This document shows positions 56,755 to 64,000 of a stretch of DNA of 64,000 bases, one piece after another. The stretch is from the NCBI GenBank assembly GCA_951406725.2, contig OX597819.1, positions 65,038,001 to 65,102,000 on the forward strand, read 5' to 3'. The notes under the pieces are model-generated. The model had not been told where the DNA came from. It saw only the letters and a list, made by a program, of their open reading frames with translations, and made no database searches. The position numbers and the translations under genes are program-made. Source of the stretch: Octopus vulgaris. Its lineage: Eukaryota. The number at the start of each line of letters is the position of its first letter. The stretch's first letter is position 1.

Positions 56755-58090
56755 TTTCCCCGTCTGTCTTGATAGACAATGGGTCGCGCCAAGGGTGGGG
56801 CCTACTTTGATGATGAGCAGCGTCTGCTGTGACTGAACAGTCCAATTCTAGAGTGGCAGTCCCTGGTACAGTTGCTGCACACGAACATCGATGGGTACGT
56901 GTGGGGTGTTGCTGCAGTTGTCCTCCTCCTGTCCCGCCTGTCCGACCACAGCTGTGCTCTCCTTTCCTCAGCCATGGAAACGCCTTTCCTCACTGTCCGA
57001 CGCCAGGCAGAGCGGTCAGCAGCTGTTACTTCCCACGTGTCCACACAGATGTTGGCAGTCCTCAGGTCGCGCTTGCACACATCCCTGTATCGTAGCTGTG
57101 GACGTCCCTTGGGTGGTGATCCCGTGGTAAGTTCGCTGTACAGGATGTCTTTAGGCATGCGACCGTCCTGCATGCGGCAGACGTGTACGAGCCAGCGCAG
57201 TCGTCTCCGCACGATGAGGGCATGCATGCTTGGCATATTAGTCTGTTCTAGGATGACTCCGTTTGGTACTCGGTCCTTCCAGGAGATGCCAAGCATCCGT
57301 CGAAGACACGGCATGTGGAAGCCGCTGAGGCGGCATTCTTGCCGGGTGTATGTTGTCCAGCTCTCGCTGCCGTAGAGTAGGGTGCTCAGCACGCAGGCTC
57401 GGTACACTGCGATCTTGGTGGTTATTGTGAGCATGTTGTTGTCCCACACTCTCCTGGAGAGCTTAGCCATGGCAGCAGCAGCCTTCCCAATCCGTCTGTT
57501 CAGCTCCGGCTCGAGGGACAGGCTGCTGGAGACCGTCGATCCCAGGTAAGTGAACTCGTTCACCACCTGCAAGCTGTGGTCGCCGACACTGATGCTGGGG
57601 ACCCCTCCGACGTCCTGGCCCATGATCTCTGTCTTTTTCAGGCCGATGGTAAGGCCGAACTCTTGGCAGGCATCCGCCGGGGAGCTGACCAGCCTCTGGA
57701 GACCCGGCTGGTTGTGTGATGTTAGGGCGGCATCGTCAGCAAAGAGGATCTCTCTGATCAGCACCTGACGGACTTTGGTCTTAGCTCTGAGGCGCGCAAG
57801 ATTGAACAATCCACCATCAGCCCTAGTGTGGAGGAACACTCCGTCGTCGGACGTTCTGAAGGCATAGGACAGGACAAGGGAGAAGAAAATTCCGAAGAGC
57901 GTCGGCGCCAGAACGCAACCCTGTTTCACTCCACTCTGGATGGGACACGACTGCACTGTTCCCTGCATACCGTCGTGAAAGGAGGTGATGAGTTTCAGCA
58001 GTCTGGGAGGGCAACCTATCCTACCCAGGAGCGCAAACAGCCCCTCCCTGCTGACTGAGTCGAACGCCTTAGCCAGGTCGATGAAGGCCA
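56755..58090 (-). mobile_element. RTE-clade LINE, 5'-truncated, recent
   Basis: Markedly GC-richer than flanks, uninterrupted ORF, short 3' UTR with stem-loop, duplicated cgtatatatat at 56744-56754 and 58091-58101. Confidence 0.95.
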
Positions 58091-58091
58091 C
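56802..58091 (-). CDS. RTE reverse transcriptase, C-terminal part (429 aa, lacks endonuclease and N-terminal RT)
   Basis: FIDLAKAFDSV, GVKQGCVLAPTLF, LFADD, FTYLGS, LLYGSESW, RRLRW.HV.RM, GRP, terminal CSNC..HSRRC. Confidence 0.9.
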   Translation of the reverse strand: MAFIDLAKAFDSVSREGLFALLGRIGCPPRLLKLITSFHDGMQGTVQSCPIQSGVKQGCVLAPTLFGIFFSLVLSYAFRTSDDGVFLHTRADGGLFNLARLRAKTKVRQVLIREILFADDAALTSHNQPGLQRLVSSPADACQEFGLTIGLKKTEIMGQDVGGVPSISVGDHSLQVVNEFTYLGSTVSSSLSLEPELNRRIGKAAAAMAKLSRRVWDNNMLTITTKIAVYRACVLSTLLYGSESWTTYTRQECRLSGFHMPCLRRMLGISWKDRVPNGVILEQTNMPSMHALIVRRRLRWLVHVCRMQDGRMPKDILYSELTTGSPPKGRPQLRYRDVCKRDLRTANICVDTWEVTAADRSAWRRTVRKGVSMAEERRAQLWSDRRDRRRTTAATPHTYPSMFVCSNCTRDCHSRIGLFSHSRRCSSSK

Positions 58092-58143
<52 letters not shown>

Positions 58144-58382
58144 ATATATTTGTGTGTTTGTGTTTATCCTGCCCCCACCCCCATCCAACATCGCTTGACA
58201 ACCAATGCTGATGTGTTTACGTCCCCGTAAATTAGTAGTTCGGCGAAAGAGAACGATATAGTGAGTACTAGGCTGACAAAGAATAAATCCCGGTCTCGAT
58301 TTTCTCTTGAATAAAGGCGGAGATCCAGCATGGACGGAGTCAAATGACTGAACCACATACAAGAATAAAAGAATTCATACGG

Positions 58383-58432
<50 letters not shown>

Positions 58433-58687
58433 CGATAATCAATCTAAACAAGAACAAGCAAGGAAAACAACAACGCGTGGACGTGGAACAAGCACTGTGT
58501 TACTGGACACTCTTCATGAGAAATATATATACATATGTATGTATGTATGTTTGTGTGTATGTATGTATGTATGTATGTATATGTATATATGTATAGTTAC
58601 TGCAAATAAGTTATCAAATATCGCCAGTAGATATTGTATCTATACTCTATGTTGGTGCATCTACAAGCGAGGTTTTTCTCAATTTAG

Positions 58688-58893
58688 GAGCGGGTGCTGA
58701 AAAGTACCTAGTATAGGAGAATCTGTTAATTATGATTTTATACACAGTATACCATTCTGAGATTTACACACTTATTGCAATATTCTTTCAGGTTTTCTGA
58801 GCTCTATAATTATTTTAAAACCTCAGAATGTGGGGCATACCTCCTGGACTTTACTGATACTCTTAAAGCCAAGTACTTTTCAGAACCACATTG
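58688..58893. mobile_element. Mariner-type MITE, decayed
   Basis: Imperfect TIRs ggtgctgaaaagtacctag / ccaagtacttttcagaacc. Confidence 0.5.
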
Positions 58894-60657
58894 TAAGTCT
58901 TGTTATTTATGCATTTCAATATTCTCAGCGTACTTCTAATGCTGATAAGTGTGTGTGTGTGTGTGTGGTTTTGTGCATGCGCGCGTGTGTGAGTGTTTAT
59001 AGTTGTAAAGGATTGTGTTCGGAAGAAGCGGGTCCTTTAGCATACTCTAAATCCTGCTATTTAACAGCGCATACTGTTACGTATTTTATAAATTCACATT
59101 AGATGCAATTTGTATAATCTTGTCCTGCTACATTGCACATTGTTATATTGATACCATACACTTCCCTCTTTCGGAATTCAGATATCTGTTTGTATTTTAT
59201 TCTCAGTATTGCCATTAGTTTCGTTAGTTTTGAACAATTTTACTTCCAACCACGATGGAATTAACTTTTAAATTAATTCTGCAATAAAGAGTATACTGCA
59301 CACTACTTCTGAAAGTACACAGAATTCATTCAATACGTTTATGTTTTGTTCTCACAACAATATATTAACAAAACAAATATATGATATCTAGATAGATTGA
59401 GAGACTATTATTCAAACGGTGAGAGAAATATGAATATTTTAAGTAGATAAAGTAACTTGATAAAATATATTAAACAAGACAGTTGATTCATCTAAGGAAC
59501 AATAAAGGTAAAATGTGAATAGAAATATCTATAGACATGTAACGCCCGCTGTCTTCTATGAAATCTTATGAAAGCCACCCACTCAATAGATTAGTTGCGA
59601 AAAATACAGACTGATATTCAGATAAACTTGTTATTTACCGCATACTCGCTAGTAATTAATATCACACGTAGACTAACATACTATTTCCAGCCATTGTTAT
59701 TAACTGTAAAAAGAAAAAATAACCTCGTTTGATATGTTACAAGACAGAACGGATGTACTCATACCTAAAATACATATATACTTCTTGTTTAGGGCACATC
59801 AGGAAATAGACCATCTTATTTTTGAAGCAGAGGTTTGACATACGAAATATCATTAGATATATATAGAAAATAAGATTATTGGAAGCTGAAGGAAGTGTAG
59901 CACTTGGTCTTTTGAAATAATATAATTAGTGCTATAGATTGGTTAATGTCCATCGCTGACAAAGGCTATTGTAAACTTCTGCAAGAAAGACAACTATGTG
60001 TTTAACCCCACAAAGGCTCTTGTTTGTAGCACTCATAATCGTCAAGTTGATTTCTTACTTCAACGATGGAAAAATGGTCTCTATTCTACACGAAGGAAAC
60101 GATCGTTAATCCCAACATGATGCAAAAGCATTCAACCGTGTCATTCTCCGCGGATGCTATCAATTTTCAGTGAAGGAAAGAAGAAAATACAGAGTAATTT
60201 GGCTTTTGTAAGTTGTGAATATCAGACCACAGATTATAAACAAAGGAAAAAGAAATTAACAACTTCTTTAAAAGGTTACTTTTCATTGAAGGAAATATCT
60301 TTGCTCTGACATTTCTAGACGGTACCTGTACTATTAATGATTATTTGCACACCACATTCTGAACGAATACTTGAAATATTTTTACATACAAGAATCCCAC
60401 CACACTACTTAATCCTGATCCAAAACATTTATCAAATGTAAACACATGACACATTTCTTTTGTCAATCTGGCAGTGAAACGAAAAGATAAAGTGTGAATA
60501 TGAACGAGAATAAGAATGGTCAGAAAAGAAATGAAACCAAGATTTGCGTCCTCTTTATGGATATGGATAGGTTTTCATGTGTACGACTGATTTTGGCTCG
60601 ATAATGCGTAAAGTACAACTGCCCAAAATGTTCCATTGTGATAGACATTAATTATTA

Positions 60658-60719
<62 letters not shown>

Positions 60720-60989
60720 GTTGTTGTTGTTGTTGTTGTTGTTGTTATTACTATTATTAAAGTGGCGAGGAGACAGAATCGTTAGCAGGCCGGACAAAAT
60801 GCTTAACGGTATTTCGTCTGTCTTTACGTTCTGAGATCAAATTCCGCTGTGGTCAACTTTGCTTTCACCCTTTCGGGGCCGATTAATTAAGTACCAGTTG
60901 CGCACTGGGTTGATCTAACCGACAGGTCCCCTTCCCCAAATTGTTAGGCCTTGTGCCTTTGGTAGAAAGGATTATTATCATTATTATCC

Positions 60990-61960
60990 ATACACTGACT
61001 CCGTCAATTTTTGTCTAACCGTCGAACTTTGCTCTACTTTACATCTGACCAATCTACAGCGTGCACACTTCCGCTTTTTTGGAAGCGTCGTATTCCACTG
61101 GTCAACCGCTTCATTAGTTTTTACCATCCACTGAATGGAAAGCCGGGCATGCAGTGACTGTCGACGTGTAGACAGACGCTGAGGTTGCGATATTTCCAGT
61201 GTTTTCTTGACGATGAGCTGCTGTGACTACCGTTTTTCAGGCACGAATTTCCACTGCTCGTCTTTTTGTCTGAGCAGCAGTTCTAGTTTAATTGTAATCA
61301 GTAGCAGGGCCCCTGGCACTTAGAGTGTTGTCAGGCGCTCGCAGTCCTCTGTCGGTTGATCAAAGCGTTATGTGCAACTTCAGCGCAGGCTTTCTTTAGA
61401 AAGTGCGACAACGTTGTTTGGAAGATTTTGAGCGTTGTTGAGAATGAGTTGGCTTTCTGTTCTGGAGAACTTTCGGACCGGGGCCTATAGATAACTTCCA
61501 GAAATTATTAGTTGGCTCTGCTACCGAGGGTCATTGCCGGTTCGTGATAACATCTACATTCATGGAAGTTTCGTCAGTTGGGCTTGTCCGAGCTGTACAC
61601 AGACCGGCGAAATTATTCTGCTGGCTCTCATCCACTGCCCAACGATTGGTGACTTGTGAGCTTATGTCGAACAACTGCTGTTGCATGTAGGATAGATCCA
61701 TCTATCGGCTGAGTCTTTCGTGAAGATCACCTCGTCACATTCTTTTTGCCGGCGAAGACAAGACAGCGTTTCTCTGTTTTAGCGAAAAAGGTTGTGTAGT
61801 GAACAAGGTTGAAAGGTTCAGAAGTCAGACAATTTTCTCTTTGGTCAAGCCTTCATCAACTTTAAAGTGAGGATGGATAGTGAAGTGATGCTCCCCAACA
61901 ATTTTGTTAAAGGTTAGGTAAATATAGCACGAATGAGCAGAATAAACGGCCTCCTCTAAG
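60990..61960 (+). mobile_element. Tx1/L1-clade ORF2 C-terminal remnant
   Basis: HPLNGKPGM..LRLR, and LCYRGSLPVRDNIYIHG..CPSC...GEII...LIHCP....L*AYVEQLL resembling the zf-RVT zinc knuckle; many stops. Confidence 0.7.
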
Positions 61961-62318
61961 CATGCGTCACTAGAACAAGGGTAAATGAAATAGAGAAGGA
62001 ACATGCCATAGAGGTTAGGAGGGTTGTGGGTTTTGGGGAGTTTTCACAAGTAGTCCTTGGAAGTCTTCCAGTCACGGGTATTTAATTGTTCTATTTTCCT
62101 TGTTATTTTGCTTTCACACGTTTCAATCCCACTTTATTTCTGTTGTATTACCCTTATGCCAACCTCAATCTTTTATATGAACCTTCAGTTCCGAAGTCAA
62201 ATTCTTCCAAAGGTGACTGAGTCTTTCATCACAGTTGAGTAGTGGGGTCGATGTTATCTACTCTCCGTAACTTCAGAATAGTGGCCATGTGCCAGAGTTT
62301 GAAACCATTATTATTATA

Positions 62319-62369
<51 letters not shown>

Positions 62370-63035
62370 GCTGTTGTTATATCGAAGTCGAGCCTTAGTT
62401 TTGGAGAGCAATCTGTTTAACTACACGGCTGTGGACTAATCCAAGCGTTTTGTTATATGCATTCGAATCTCGAGCAGTCCCGTCTACCTCATTTCCGTGC
62501 GAGCAGAGTTACTTCCCAAAGCAGACCGTCTGATTTTCGTCGATCACTTGTTTCGCTGAGAAACTTATTGCACTCGCCAACCACTTTTTTCTATAAATTT
62601 CTAAAATTGAAGCTTCTGTGACAACAGTACCTCACTTCTAGACTGCAGAGTGCATCTAACGAAATTCTAAGTGCCCACCTGACTATATTCTAGGTGCCAG
62701 GGGCTTGCTTGATATTGTTCTTTTCTTAAAGCAGGACTGCAATAAAATGCAGGTTATTACAAACAGACCAAAATCTATAAACAAGAATGTTATACAATAC
62801 TTTCACATATTTTAAATCAATTTTTGCTATAAAATTTAATTATAATGAATAATTAAAGATGAAATAATTAAGCGACATTTAATCGAAAGAAAAAGAAACT
62901 CTTACATACTCTTTCAGTTCCACTTACAACTCAGAACTTTACCATTTCACAATGCGCTTACTCGTAGTTCCGTCGTGACGTCTTTCATCTTGAGCATTTT
63001 ACTTCCTTTTCTTTTAAGTATATTTTATTTAGGGA

Positions 63036-63267
63036 AGGCGGCGAGCTGGCAGAAACGTTAGCATGCCGGGCGGAAAGCGTAGCCGTATTTCGTCTGTCGT
63101 TACGTTCTGAGTTCAAATTCCGCCGAGGTCGACTTTGCCTTTCATCCTTTCGGGGTCTATAAATTAAGTACCAGTTACGCACTGGGATCGATATAATCGA
63201 CTTAATCCGTTTGTCTGTCCTTGCTTGTCCCCTCTGTGTGTAGCCCCTTGTGGGTAGTAAAGAAATA
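63036..63267 (+). mobile_element. SINE family B, intact, 16-bp TSD
   Basis: ggcggcgagctggcagaaacgttagc..gagttcaaattcc; TSD tatattttatt(t/c)aggg at 63019-63034 and 63268-63283. Confidence 0.9.
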
Positions 63268-64000
63268 TATATTTTATTCAGGGTTTCCTCCTCATTTTTC
63301 CTCATCGTAGACAGACTTCGAGAAATGTTTCATAGTGTTATCTCTTTTATGTCACATGCCATTGTATGAATGCTACCGAGTTGGGGGTATTGCTCCCTAA
63401 TTTTCAGTATCTCGCACTTCAACTAGGAGACTAGGAAATGATGCGATGCTTTTGCCCATTCTCGCAGCTAACATCGAATTTATGATTGGTAACGCTGTTG
63501 AAAGAGTAACCTCTGAAACCTTGCCTTTCTTCTGACTTTTTCAACATTCTTTTTCGCTGGCCCTAACAGAAATCCATAAGCAAGCTGCTTAGATTTGAGC
63601 GAACAATATTTAGTATCGTAACCTTCTCGTCTGTGGATATATTGACATCTTTCTACAAATTTCCTACGAACGATAACAGCTAGGTGGTTTTTTGCGGAAA
63701 ATTTCCATGCTCAGCAATGTAAGCATGCAAAAATACGTGAATTTCCTTCTTCCCCACTTTTGAATAAATGTCTTTGCTGAAGAAAAAAAAGAAAAGGAAA
63801 AATTTGTCTTTCAGTTTTTTATTTTCATTATTGTTTATTTTTAACCAGGTTGTTCATGCTCAAATTACGTTACTGGTAACATTAGCAAAAATAAAACAGC
63901 GGATTTTTTTTTTCTTTACTGGCATTGTTTGACAACAAGTGTGTGTGTGTGTACGTTGATTCTCTTGGTACATGTATCTTTATGTTGTGCACATTTGAGC

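Larger units (their letters stand above)
56625..58370 (+). mobile_element. SINE family A split by the RTE insertion (56625-56754 and 58091-58370)
   Basis: Head ends gaaagaagcccgccgtatat; the tail resumes after the RTE with (TA)n(TG)n..catcgcttgacaaccaatgctg. Confidence 0.85.

Noticed and set aside
56829-58058. Several plus-strand ORFs overlapping the RTE
   Set aside because: Antisense shadows of a GC-rich coding sequence.
63480-63710. Minus-strand stop-free stretch (..KSKQLAYGFL..) faintly like a pogo/Tigger CENP-B domain
   Set aside because: Too little similarity to call without a profile search; no TIRs seen.

Overview
AT-rich, microsatellite-saturated eukaryotic DNA that is intergenic or intronic. 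The SINE families and the (TA)n/(AAT)n/(GATA)n/(TATG)n load suggest an octopus (coleoid cephalopod) genome; this is inference from repeat types, not a search result. Almost all ORFs in the track are microsatellite artefacts and no host gene is recognisable; two possible minus-strand exons are flagged. What is supportable is a layered transposon landscape: a young 5'-truncated RTE LINE (56755-58090) nested in a SINE; CR1-type, Dong/R4-type and Tx1/L1-type LINE fragments; a Gypsy integrase remnant; mariner relics; and about 20 tRNA-derived SINE copies. The most interesting signal is a set of at least five sequence-distinct families of Penelope-like element (PLE) terminal repeats carrying minimal type-I hammerhead ribozyme folds. 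One family is a composite of tRNA-derived Pol III head + (AAT)n + hammerhead. In one copy (37880-38312) that head lies directly behind a GIY-YIG endonuclease C-terminus, suggesting a PLE-driven, ribozyme-bearing SINE-like system.
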